Assembly (NCBI GenBank): GCA_965240325.2
Contig: OZ251250.1
Location: 868,001-932,000 of the forward strand
Source of the DNA: Rebecca billardiae RCC1528
Taxonomy: Eukaryota; Protista; Haptophyta
DNA: 64,000 bases
Direction of reading: 5' to 3'
The notes beneath the pieces are model-generated. The model saw only the letters and a list, made by a program, of their open reading frames with translations. It was not told the DNA's origin and did not search any database. The translations under genes were made by a program, and so were the position numbers. Shown piece after piece: positions 1 through 10,737 of this stretch (positions within the stretch are counted from its first letter, which is position 1; every line of letters begins with the position of its first letter).

Positions 1-865
1 ATCGCGGAGTCGCACGCGGACGGGCCGGGGCACCAGCTCGCGCGCGCGCTGCTGGACGGCGGGATCCCCGTGACGATGGTCGACGAGGCCGCCGTCGCCG
101 TCGCGCTCGAGAGCGCGCACCTCGTGCTCGTGGGCGCGGAGGGCGTCGTGGAGAACGGCGGCATCATCTCAAAGGTGGGCCTTCCTTTTGAGCGGCCCGC
201 CCCTGCCCTGCCCTCCCCTGCCCGCGTCCATGCCTACCCCGGCCTCCTGCCGCCCCGCTGCCCTGCCACCCTGCGGCGCCCCGCCTACGGCCGCGCCGCC
301 GTCGCCGCCGGCGCACCCTGCACGCCACGCGGACCCGACTGTGATGCCGACGCGGCGGCCCGCCGCCGCCGACGCCGCGCTGCCGCGCTGCGCGCCCGTG
401 TCCACCTGCACGCCGCCCGTGTCCCTCCCTAACCCTAACCCTAACCCTAACACAACCCGCTGCCGCGCTGCGCTGCTGCCCGTGTCCGTCCCTCCCCTGC
501 CGCGTGCCGTGCGCGCGCAGGTGGGCACGTGCCAGATGGGCATCATTGCCAAGGCGATCGGCCGCCCCGTGTACGTCGCGGCGGAGTCCTTCAAGTTCGT
601 GCGACAGTACCCGCTCAACCAGGCCGACGTGCTGAGCTACGGGGAGCGCGGGTCGGCGCTGGGCGGCGGTGGGAGCATGGCGGAGGGCGCAAAGCCTGCG
701 CAGCAGGGCGGCGCGGCCGCGGCCGATGGCGGCCGGCCCGGGCCTCGCGCGTGGCGCATCACGCGCGACTACACCGCGCCGCGGTACATCAACCTGCTCT
801 TCACCGACCTGGGCGTGCTCACGCCCTCAGCCGTCAGCGACGAGCTGATCAAGCTGTACTACTGA
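1..865 (+). CDS. EIF2B1: Translation initiation factor eIF2B subunit alpha, 5' truncated; exons <1-174, 521-865
   Basis: Motifs [18 protein letters not shown]|[22 protein letters not shown] and [28 protein letters not shown]; a GT-AG intron at 175-520 joins them in frame. Confidence 0.93.
427..450 (+). repeat. (CCCTAA)4 telomere-type repeat inside eIF2B-alpha intron
   Basis: ccctaaccctaaccctaaccctaa read directly. Confidence 0.95.
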
Positions 866-1294
866 GTACTGAGCCCGGTCACCGGACCCGGTGAGGAGCT
901 CGCGGTGACGCCGACGGTCCGAGGCCGGACCGGCCCCGCAGTGTCGTCAGGCGCTACGACTGACTACTCAGTGACGCCGCAGCTGGCAGCAGGCCAGCAG
1001 TGTCAGACGCGCGCGCATATCATTGACGCTGCTGATGACGCCCCGCGCCTTACTCTGCATCTTAGTCACTGCTGTAGTATATATATACCGAAGACTGTCG
1101 TACTCCGTCGGCGTTAGCAGGATGACGCGGCCCGCCGCAACGGTCGTCGTCGTCAGACCGCGTCGATCTGCTCAGTTTAACGACAGCTGATGCGCAGCAG
1201 CCTGGCGCAGCGCCAGCAGCAGTCCAGCACGCGGTCGTCGTCAGATCGTAGTCGCCAGCATCAGAGTGTCGTGGGCGCGGACCTCGGCCGGCTG

Positions 1295-2815
1295 TCAGGC
1301 TGCAGCCAGCGAAGCAGCGGGCGGAGGCCATGCCGTGCGAACGCTGGGCAGCTGCACGATGGGGAGCGGGAGGCAAATGCACTGCGCCTGCGCGCCATCC
1401 TGCCGATGCGACAGGCGCACGCCTCTGCCGTGTGCCGCCGACTCGAGGGCGCACACGTGCACGCCACCGTCTGCCGTCACAAACAGCGACGCCAACGTGC
1501 CCATGCAGCACTCGACGACGGGCGCATTCACCAGGGCCTGCATGGGCTGCATCTGCATCGCTGGGTTGCCCCCGCCCAGCCCGAGCTGCCCGCACACGTT
1601 TTGCCCGAAAGCGCGCACGCTGCCGTCCGCACACACCACCGCACTTTTGTGCTCGCCAGCGCTCGCCTTCACAGCGTGCGCGCCTGCTAGCGCCTCGATG
1701 CGCTTCGGCGTGTGCAGAGGGTGCAGGTCACCGTGGCCGAGAGCCCCAGCGCCGCCATATCCGAAGGATTGCACTCCGCCCGCTGCGCCCACCACCAGGC
1801 TGTGCACAACGCCCGCGCTCACGTGCACGGCGCGCACGGCAGCGAGCCCCTCGATGCGCCGTGGAGTGAGCCGATCCTGCTCATCACCGTGGCCGAGCTG
1901 TCCGCAGCTGCCTCGGCCGCACGAGTACGCCCGGCCGGCGGCCGACAGGAAGAGGGTAGACGTGCCACCGGCCGACAGCCCTCCCACACGCACGCCAGCC
2001 AGCGCCTCGATGCGCGTTGGCTGCAGCCGCTGCGCCGTGTCGCCGTGGCCGAGCTGGCCGTAGCCGTTTTCGCCCCAGCTGTACGCGCGCCCGGCTGCAG
2101 TGAGCGCAAAGCTGCGATCTCCCTGCGCGTCGATGCAGATCACGGGCGCAGTCGAAAGCGCGCGCACCTGCGCGAAGGAGTGACACTTGCGCTCGTCGCC
2201 CAGCCCGAGCTGGCCGCGGTGGTTCTCGCCGCAGCCGTGCACGGCACCGGCATCGCTCAGCGCGAGCAGGTGAGTGGAGCCCACTGTCACCGCGACCACG
2301 CGCACCGCCGCCAACGACGCCACGCGCGTCGAAAACGTGACCAGCTCGCCGAGCGCCCCTGGCTTCGAGTGCCCCAGTGCCGCATGCGCAGCCCCGCGCG
2401 AGCACTCATACAGCACGGGCACCTCGACTTCGCCGCACGTGCGCAGCGCACCATCGGCGCACGCAAACACGCTCAAGTTGGCGAATAAAGAATCGTTGCT
2501 GATGGCGGCGGCGTGCGCGTGCGCGCGCGCGAGCTCGAGCACGCGCTCGCGTGCGAACAGCTCCTCCGACCACGTGCGCTCGTCGTGTGGCAGCTCCGTC
2601 GGCAGCGCGCGCGCGTGCCCGCGCCGCGCCGCGCGGGCGCGCAGCGCGTGCTCGACCGCTGAGCGGCCGCCCGGCACGCCGCGGAAGAGGCGAGAGGCCG
2701 CGTTCGCGCGGGCGAGATCGTGTACATCGTCCAGCGCAGTGGTGACTCGTTCGATCACCTCAGGCGGCAGGTCGCCCAGCGACGTCGTCGTCGAGAGCCT
2801 CGGCGTCGTTGCCAT
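1295..2815 (-). CDS. RCC1-repeat protein with N-terminal F-box-like motif
   Basis: LGDLPPEVIERV (F-box-like); repeated YSWGENGYGQLGHGD / YSCGRGSCGQLGHGD / SFGYGGAGALGHGD units at ~156 bp period; the C-terminus may be spliced differently. Confidence 0.85.
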   Translation of the reverse strand: MATTPRLSTTTSLGDLPPEVIERVTTALDDVHDLARANAASRLFRGVPGGRSAVEHALRARAARRGHARALPTELPHDERTWSEELFARERVLELARAHAHAAAISNDSLFANLSVFACADGALRTCGEVEVPVLYECSRGAAHAALGHSKPGALGELVTFSTRVASLAAVRVVAVTVGSTHLLALSDAGAVHGCGENHRGQLGLGDERKCHSFAQVRALSTAPVICIDAQGDRSFALTAAGRAYSWGENGYGQLGHGDTAQRLQPTRIEALAGVRVGGLSAGGTSTLFLSAAGRAYSCGRGSCGQLGHGDEQDRLTPRRIEGLAAVRAVHVSAGVVHSLVVGAAGGVQSFGYGGAGALGHGDLHPLHTPKRIEALAGAHAVKASAGEHKSAVVCADGSVRAFGQNVCGQLGLGGGNPAMQMQPMQALVNAPVVECCMGTLASLFVTADGGVHVCALESAAHGRGVRLSHRQDGAQAQCICLPLPIVQLPSVRTAWPPPAASLAAA

Positions 2816-3131
2816 CGGGCGCGAGAGTACGCGCGCGTCGCGCGACGGCTGGTGAGCAGGCGGTTGGCGGGTTGGCCAGCCGGAGCGGAGTCGAACAGGA
2901 CGGTGGAAGGTTGACGACGAATTTCAAGGCGCTGCTTTTTTTTTGGAAGAGTGCAAACGTACCAGCCTGTTGGCTGTTCCGTCGATCGTCATCAGCACGG
3001 ACGTGAGACGACGCGGCGTGCGCGATCAAGACGCGTCACGCGTCGTGCCCGTGTCGGACCTTTACGATGATACATAGTGTACATGTGAACGCGCTCACGC
3101 GTAGCAGCGTAGCAGCAGCCAGGCTGCCTCG

Positions 3132-3891
3132 TCAGGCGGCGGCGCCCCTGGTCACCGGCGTCGGGCTCGGCTGGAAGCCCGTCTGCTGCACGGCCGGTGC
3201 CGCGCGCACACGCGCCGGCGCCGCGCCGGCGCCGCTCGCGGGCGCCGCTGCCCGGCCCGGCTTGCCCTCGGCGATGTCCGCGTTGGCGACGGCGTGGTGG
3301 CGCGTCCGCGGCCGCGCAGGGAGACGCGCGGGCAGCGCGCTCGGCCGCTGCTGCTGCGGCGGCGGCGGCGGGGCGGCGGGTGCTGACGCGGACAGGGCTT
3401 GGAACGGCTCCAGCCAACGCTCCACCGCCGCCGCCGCCGCGCCGCCGGCTCCGGGGCTGCCGCAGCCGTCGGCACTCGGCGGCGAGGGGGAGGCGCTGCG
3501 ACGGCGGAGGCGCGTGCGGGTTGGGGAGGGGCGGCGTGCGCGTGCGCGCGTGAGCGCAGCGCGCGCCGAGTCGCACCCCGCGGCCCGGCGCGCCGATCCG
3601 TCCGCCCCAGCAAGCGGCTGCCTCTGCGGATTTCGGCGCAAAAGCGCATGTGCTGCGTGCGCGCGCGCTCACCTGTGGAGAAGCGAGACACCGGCCGAGC
3701 CGCGGCGGCCGCCGACGCTCGCGGCCAGCGCGCTCTGCGGCGGGCTCGGTCGCAGCGCGGCCGCCCAGGGCAGCGCGGGGGCGGCGTGGGCGGCCGCGCC
3801 CGCCTCGCCGTGCGCACCATCCTTGCCCCCGCCGTCTGCGCCGCGCGCCGCCGCGCTCAGCACATCAGCCGCAGCGCGCGCGTGCACCGGT

Positions 3892-3924
<33 letters not shown>

Positions 3925-4054
3925 GCCGCCGCCAACGGGATGTGATGGGCGGCGCTGCTGCGGCCAAAGCCGCCGTGCAGCGAGCGCGCCGGCGCGTGCG
4001 CGCCCGCGGCGCACATCGGCGGCCCAAGCCCATCCCACCCGTCAGCGCCAGGCA

Positions 4055-4099
<45 letters not shown>

Positions 4100-5311
4100 G
4101 TGGCGAGAGCTGCGTGCCGCCGCCGCCGCGCGCGCCGCCGCCGCGCGCCGGCAGCTGCAGAGTGGAGCCGCTCGGCGGCGGCAGGCTGAGTGTCAGCTCG
4201 TCCAGCCCGAGGTCGAGGTCGGCGGGCGGGGGCGAGGGGCGGCTGCGCGCGCGCGCGGGGCGCGCGGGCGCGCGCGGGCGCGGCGGGGCGCGCAGAGGCG
4301 GGGTGGGCGGCTCAGCCCACAGAGTCCGGGGCGCGCACACGAGTCCGGGAGCAGCGGCCGCGGCCGCGAGGGCACGGGGCGGGCGCGCGGCGCGCGGCGC
4401 GGCGCGGCGCGGCGCGGGCGCGGGCGCGCACAGTTGCGGGGCTCGGAGCAGCGCTGGGGGCTTCGCACCGCGCACGGCGCGCATGGCGCGCGGCGCGCGC
4501 GGGCCGGCGCCCGCGAGCGCACTGTGACCTGAGGTGGCGCGCCGCCGGCTCGCCCGGACGGAGGCGATGGCGCTGGCCACGCTGAGCTGCGCGCCGCCGC
4601 GCGCGGCCACGGGCGCGGCGCCGTCGGCCGCGCCGCCGCCATCCCACGCGTCGTCGTCGTGGGCGTAGCGGCAGGTGGGCCCAGCTGAGGCCGGGGGCTG
4701 TCGAAGCCGCGACGGTGCCGGCGGCGACAGCGCTCCTCCGTGTGGCCGCAGTCCGGCGGTGAGCTCGGCGCTCGGTCCGGTGCGGTGGGCGAACAGGCCG
4801 GCGGCCGGCGGCCGCTGCTGGTGCGCCTCCGCGGAGGGGCCGGCGTCGCAGGGCAGCGCGCCGTCGGGCCGTCCGGACTCGAGCAGGGCCCCGGACTCGA
4901 GCAGAGCGCCATCCTCTGCCGCGGCGGCGCACGCCGCGCCGCAGGCGTCGAGAGCAAATTGGGGCGTGCTGTCGGCGAGGCTGGCCGCGCTGCCCTCGTC
5001 CGCGCAGCAGCACCGCCCGTCGCACGTCTGCGCGCGCGCGCGCCGGCGCAGCAGCTTCTGCCGCCGCTGCTGCGGCGCGGCGGCTGGGTCGCTGCCGCCG
5101 TCCGCGGCGCAGCGGCGCACGGCGCTGGACGTCTGCGCGGCGACGCACGCGTCGGCGAGCACGGTCACGCGGCCCGACGCGGCGGCGGCGCGCGAGCAGC
5201 CGCGCGGCGCGCCCGCGCACGCGCCCTCCTCCTCCTCCTCCTCCTCCTCCTCCTCCGCGCACGAGTCCGGCGCCGAGTCCGGGCCCCGCGCCGCGTCCGA
5301 ATCGTCCTCTG

Positions 5312-5352
<41 letters not shown>

Positions 5353-6479
5353 GAAGCAGTGTCGTCGGAAGCGCGCGCGCCCGAGCGGCCGCGGCCGTGC
5401 GCGCGCATCGCGATGGGCTGCGACGTGCGGAACGGCGCCGCGGGCGCCGCGCTGGCGAGCGCCCAGCCCACCGCGCCGCTCGGGCCGCCGTGGCCATGCG
5501 CCGCGCCGCCGCTCAGAGCGCCCAGGCTCGCGGCCGCGGCCGCGGCCGCGGCCGCTGCGGTCGGCGCGATTGGCATGGGCAGCGCGGCGGAGTGGGCGCC
5601 GGGGGCAGCCGGCGGCACCGCGAGCACGTCCACCGGCGCGGACGCGGCGTACGGCGCGATGCACGCCGCGCAGCTCGGGCTCAACGCGCCACCGCCCATC
5701 CCAGCGGCCGCGCCGGCCGCGCCGGCCGCGCCGGCCGCGCCGGCCGCGCCCGCCGGCCGCTGCTGCTGCGCGCTCAGCAGCGGTGGCGCCAGCACGAGCG
5801 GCTCCGCGCCGGCGAGGCCGGTGGCGCCGGGCGCGGCGTAGGCGAGCGGGGAGGGCGAGGGCGTGACGGAGGAGGAGGAGGAGCGCGGCGTGCCCGGCGC
5901 GTGCGCGCCGCCCACATCCGAGAGCACTCGGCGCTTGGGCGGCGCGTCCGCGCCCGGCGCCGCCGCCGCCGCAGCGCCCGCGTGCCGAGGGGAGACGCCC
6001 GGCAGCGGCGCGCCGAAGAAGGCGAGGAGCGAGGCGGGCAGGTGGATCAGCGACGGCTCGTGCTCGCCCACCAGCGCCGGCACCACCGCGCGCAGGTACG
6101 CCTCGATGAACGCGCGCCGCCGCTCGAGAAACTCTGGCGCGAGCGAGCGTCGGAGGTCGAGGAGGAGGGGCACGCCGGGCACGGCGTGGAGCGCGCTGCC
6201 GCGGACGGAGCGCTCGTGGCCGAGGGCGGAGACGAGTCGCTTGAAGTCCGACCAGCGCCGCTCGACCGTCCATCCCTCCGCGCCGTCGCGCACCGTCACG
6301 CTGTACGCGGCATAGTGCTGCCGCGCGTGCGGCACGATCGCGACGGCCGGGACGCGCACGTCGACGGCGCGTGCGGCGCCGGCCGGGCCGAGCGGGTGGA
6401 GCGCATCGACATGCGTGTCGTGCGTGTGCCCGTCCGCCGCGGCGCGGGGCGTGTAGTCCGCGAGTGCCGCCGCCAGCAT
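3132..6479 (-). CDS. PX (phox homology) domain protein with long low-complexity tail; probably spliced (donor-like CAG|GTGAGC near 3672, possible intron near 4530)
   Basis: HYAAYSVTVRDGAEGWTVERRWSDFKRL...PEFLERRRAFIEAYLRAV..LLAFF is a typical PX signature; 3' exon structure uncertain. Confidence 0.7.
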
Positions 6480-7142
6480 GCGCGCGTCGCGGCTCGTCAC
6501 GGGAGGGCAATCGCCTCAGAAGTCACCCGTCGTCACGGTCCGCGTGCCCGTGCCGTTCAGGCTACTGGTAGAATGACGATCCGTCGTCGGAAGTGAGTAG
6601 TCGCCTTGGGATGCCGGACGGATTGAGTGCGACAGCCCATCAAAGGCTTCGGCTGACGATTCGGATGCGGATCTCGGAGTATCATAGTGATGTGGCAGCC
6701 GCGGAAAGGGCGCCTTGCGAGATGGATCTCTGATCTCGGGAATCTGAAATCTCTCCGACACGCCAGCCTGTTGGAGAGCTGTTGCGTTGTTCTTTGTCCG
6801 ACGAAATTGGGCGACTTATACATCTTTGATTGATTAATACTGGCTTTACTCAAATGACTCATGCGCTCATGATCACACTTCAACTCCGCCTCCGGGTACT
6901 ATTACTAGGGAAATCCCCCTTAAATTTCAGGCTGCCCAGGCCGGAAGAGCGGTGCCAGACCACCACCATTTCACCTTGTGGCGGCGAATGGCGGAAATGC
7001 GCCCTGAAAACATTTTTTGGCGAAACTTTCCGGCGAAGGCGAAGGCCGAAGCCCCGCCTCTTCGTTGCCCGGTCTGCCACGGACCAATTCTATATGATTT
7101 AAAGACAGGTGCATCTAATCTCCCGTAACGGTCGACGCTCGC

Positions 7143-7928
7143 ATGGACGACCTCGACGTGACTGCGCTGCTGCCCGAGGGGCTGTCGGATCGTTGGGTGC
7201 GCCTCTACGTCCGCCTTTGGCGTGACGCAGCAAGGCTCACCGCCGCCGACGGCCTCCCGCGCGCGGTGCACATCTCCCTCCTGCCAGATGGGAGTGTCCG
7301 TCTGACGGTGTCTGTGCGTCCGCCTGATGCGCAAGGGCCTGATGCTTCTCCACAGGGAACCCCCGCTGGTGGCAGCCAGCGGCGCGAGGGAGGTGGTGGC
7401 GCGCCTTCTAAAGCTCCCCTGCATCCCGCCCCGCGCCGAGCGCGCAAGTCGGCTCCGCCGGCGCGCCCGCTCGCCGCGCAGGGCTCGGGTACTGGAGTGC
7501 AGGCTGCAAACGGCGAGCAGCAGCACTCTCAGAAGCGGAAGAAGAAGCCTCGGCGCGGGAAGCGCGGGCCTCGGCGTGACGCGCAGGGCAGGCGGATTCG
7601 ATCTCCATCGAGCCGCCGCACCTCGTCGCGGCGCGCCGTCGAGAAACGCCAGGAGCGCAAGGCGGCGCGGCTGGCGGCCTCTCTGCCCGCAGCACCTGCG
7701 CCTGCTCCAGCTGCTGTCCCCCACGCGGACCGAGACTCGTCCATGGACGACGACTCGGACGACGAGGATGCGCAGCAGTCCGGGGCAAAGCGTACCCTGC
7801 ACGCCGCAGCAGCGCCAGCCGCCGCCAGCAAGCCAGCTGAGCAGAGCGGCAAGCGCGCACGCGGCCGCGCAGGGCACACGGGGACGACTACATCACCGCC
7901 GGATCACCCGCCAGGGCCCAGCGGCTGA
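7143..7928 (+). CDS. Orphan 261-aa basic protein inside repeat island (possibly TE-encoded nucleic-acid-binding ORF)
   Basis: ATG-started ORF with a globular-looking N-terminus, K/R-rich NLS-like stretch (KRKKKPRRGKR) and acidic patch; no family recognised. Confidence 0.45.
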   Translation: MDDLDVTALLPEGLSDRWVRLYVRLWRDAARLTAADGLPRAVHISLLPDGSVRLTVSVRPPDAQGPDASPQGTPAGGSQRREGGGGAPSKAPLHPAPRRARKSAPPARPLAAQGSGTGVQAANGEQQHSQKRKKKPRRGKRGPRRDAQGRRIRSPSSRRTSSRRAVEKRQERKAARLAASLPAAPAPAPAAVPHADRDSSMDDDSDDEDAQQSGAKRTLHAAAAPAAASKPAEQSGKRARGRAGHTGTTTSPPDHPPGPSG

Positions 7929-8205
7929 GACGGCCGTCTGACATCCGGACCTGCACCCTCGCCCTCGCTCGGGGCACAGCAGGTCCATGCGAGCCGCGCA
8001 GCGCAGGTGGATCGCGCTCCAGCAGCTCAAGGCCGCGCTCAAGCCATTCGATCGCGGTTCAGGCTATGCTCTGCCACCAGCGCCGACTTCGTGTCGTCGA
8101 CGATCGGGCACTGCCGACGACGAATCAGGAGACCTGCGCCGTCCTACCTGTGTCGTTAAATCATAGAATGGGTCGAGCACCCCTCGCTGGGCGAGGGGTG
8201 CGGCG

Positions 8206-8967
8206 GAAAGGACAGTGGGACACAGGGGACTTTGGTCCCGCGCCCCTCTCGCGGGCTCTGGCGCGCGAACGCTTTGTCACTACTGCCCCCCCGAGCCGGA
8301 GAGCGGCGCTCCGTGCACCAACAAAGACATCCCCAGCCGCATGTTGCCACTCGACACCTCGTCTCGCCTCGCGCGGAGCCAACTTGTGGTGTGCGGGAGC
8401 CACCCGTAGCACACTGGGCCGTGTAGCGACGCGCGTGGCGGGTCAACAGTGCATCGCGAAGGCGTCGCACGCGCAATCCGTTGAGTACATACTCATGTCT
8501 GTCCCATGGCACGTCATGCACCGCCTGTCGACACCTCGTCTCGCTTCGCGCGGCGCCAACTTGTGGTGTGCGGGAGCTACCCGAAGCACTTAGCACAGGC
8601 TGTGCTGCACGCGGCGCGTCGCGAGTCGGGAGTGCATCGGCGCACACGGCGGCGCACGACGTGCCATGGGACAGACATGAGTATGTACTCAACGGATTGC
8701 GCGTGCGACGCCTTCGCGATGCACTGTTGACCCGCCACGTGCGTCGCTACACGGCCCAGTGTGCTACGGGTGGCTCCCGCACACCACAAGTTGGCTCCGC
8801 GCGAGGCGAGACGAGGTGTCGAGTGGCAACATGCGGCTGGGGATGTCTTTGTTGGTGCACGGAGCGCCGCTCTCCGGCTCGGGGGGCCAGTAGTGACAAA
8901 GCGTTCGCGCGCCAGAGCCCGCGAGAGGGGCGCGGGACCAAAGTCCCCTGTGTCCCACTGTCCTTTC
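8206..8967. mobile_element. Foldback/MITE-like element with ~310 bp near-perfect inverted arms (8206-8515 / 8658-8967)
   Basis: gaaaggacagtgggacacagggg... versus ...cccctgtgtcccactgtcctttc; mirror ORFs on both strands; a diverged arm copy lies at 44838-45153. Confidence 0.88.
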
Positions 8968-9060
8968 TGTTGGCGGTGTCGCAGAGCGACCCGCCGGCCG
9001 TTACAGGGCCATTAGAAGGCGGTGATTTAAAGACACATGCACGAGGGCGCAGCTCTCCTG

Positions 9061-10697
9061 TATACACTTCGTACACATAGAAAACAAGAAGCTGGCATAA
9101 GTTTTCATCAAGGTGTGAGGCTGTCTCACCTCGTCTTTGCCCACATACGGCTTCAGCCCCGGCTGAAGCCGTTCTGAAGCGCGCAGAAGCGGGCTGCCGG
9201 ACCGACTTAGTGAGCGCCCGGACCAGCGCCACGCGCGCGCGCCTGCAAGAGCGAAAAAAATGGCGGACCCCGGTTCCCGCCACCGCCGTGCCAGCGCCCG
9301 CCGCCCCTGGCCCGGCCCTGCATGCCCGCTCGTGGTCGCGCGCCCGCCCCGGCGTGGCCCGCTCGTGAGCTTGCGTGCCCGCTCGTTTGTCCCAGCTCCC
9401 GCCATCACCGCCGGCTCCCCGTCCCCGTCCCCGCGTAGCCGCTCTCGGCGCCGCCGCGCGGCCGCAGCCCGCCGAGCTGGTGCAGCACCTGGAGGCAGAC
9501 CATCAGCAGCTTGAGGCAGACCGGGGCGTGCCTGGGCCGGGGCGTGTCTATGGGCCCTCGTGCGCCCTCGCCGGCGGCCGATTCCGGCCGTGAGTGCAGC
9601 CTGACACCGAGCAGCGTCGCACGGCTCGGCGCCGCCGCGCGCCAGCCGAGCTGAGCCACTGGGCGCGGCTGTGATCTCACCCGCGCTACCCTCACCACCG
9701 GCTTGAGCCGAGCCCTGCGGCGCGAAGGCGCAGAGGCTCCGCGCGCACGCACGCGCAAACCGCTGCTAGTATTGAAACCAGCCCTCGCGCGCCCTTGTCA
9801 GCGGCCAATTGTGGCCGCGAGCCAGCAGTGTCGCAGCCGCGCAGCAATAGCATGCGGTCGCCTGGCCCGCCGGCACTCGACAGCCCTGGGCGCGGCTGTG
9901 ATGTCACACGCGCTACCACCACCACCGCGGGCGGGCTAGCCCTCCTCACACACCCGCTACTAGGATCAGTCCACGCAGCCGACTGTAGCCGCGAGCCAGC
10001 GAGAAGTGGCATCGCAGCCGCGCAGCCGCGCCGCGCACGGTCTGCCCGCCAACAGCCTGGGCGTGGCTGGATCTCACCCGCGCTACCACTACCGTGGCCC
10101 GGTTGTCCGCTGAGTCTTCGACGTCGCGGGCGCGCAGGCAGCTTCTGATGGCATCCGAGTTGGAAGGGGCTCTGCCGCTCGCCTCAGCATCGCGCTCGCA
10201 CCGCCCCACCTCGTCCGCTTGCTGCCGGAACCTTACAGCCTCAGCAGGGACTGGATGCGCTTGCGCCCGAGCACGTAACCATGCTGAGCATGGTCCAATC
10301 CGCGAGAGGCGTATCGGAACAAGACATCATCTTCGCGCTCCTCATCATCATGCCAGCTGTCTCGCGTTCGTGTCTTCGTGGAAGATGGCGAACTCGCAGC
10401 CGAGCCGGCGCAGCCCGGTATTCGGTTGGCGCCACCGCCGCGCCGCCGTTGCGCCAGCTGCCGCGCGGCTCCTGGTCAGCGGGGCGGACAGGGTCAGGTG
10501 TCTTCTACGCGGAGGCAGAGACTCCACCATCCGCATCGGCCGCTCTCGCGCCTCGCATGAAGGCGTAGACGGCGGGGATCGTTGCTCGCGCGGCCTGCGC
10601 GATCCGCTGCCCTGCGGCAGGACCGGCTTCGTGCCGCTTCGACCGGCTTCGTGTTTTAAATATGCAGGCTTCAGACGAGAGAAAAATACCGTCCCTG
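9061..10697. repeat. Copy 1 of a 1637 bp tandem duplication
   Basis: Begins tatacacttcgtacacatagaaaac, ends aaaaataccgtccctg; identical ORF set repeated at offset +3953. Confidence 0.93.
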
Positions 10698-10737
10698 TAT
10701 ACACTTCGTACACATAGAAAACAAGAAGCTGGCATAA

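Noticed and set aside
427-450. True telomere or chromosome end
   Set aside because: Only 3-4 units, inside introns of intact genes
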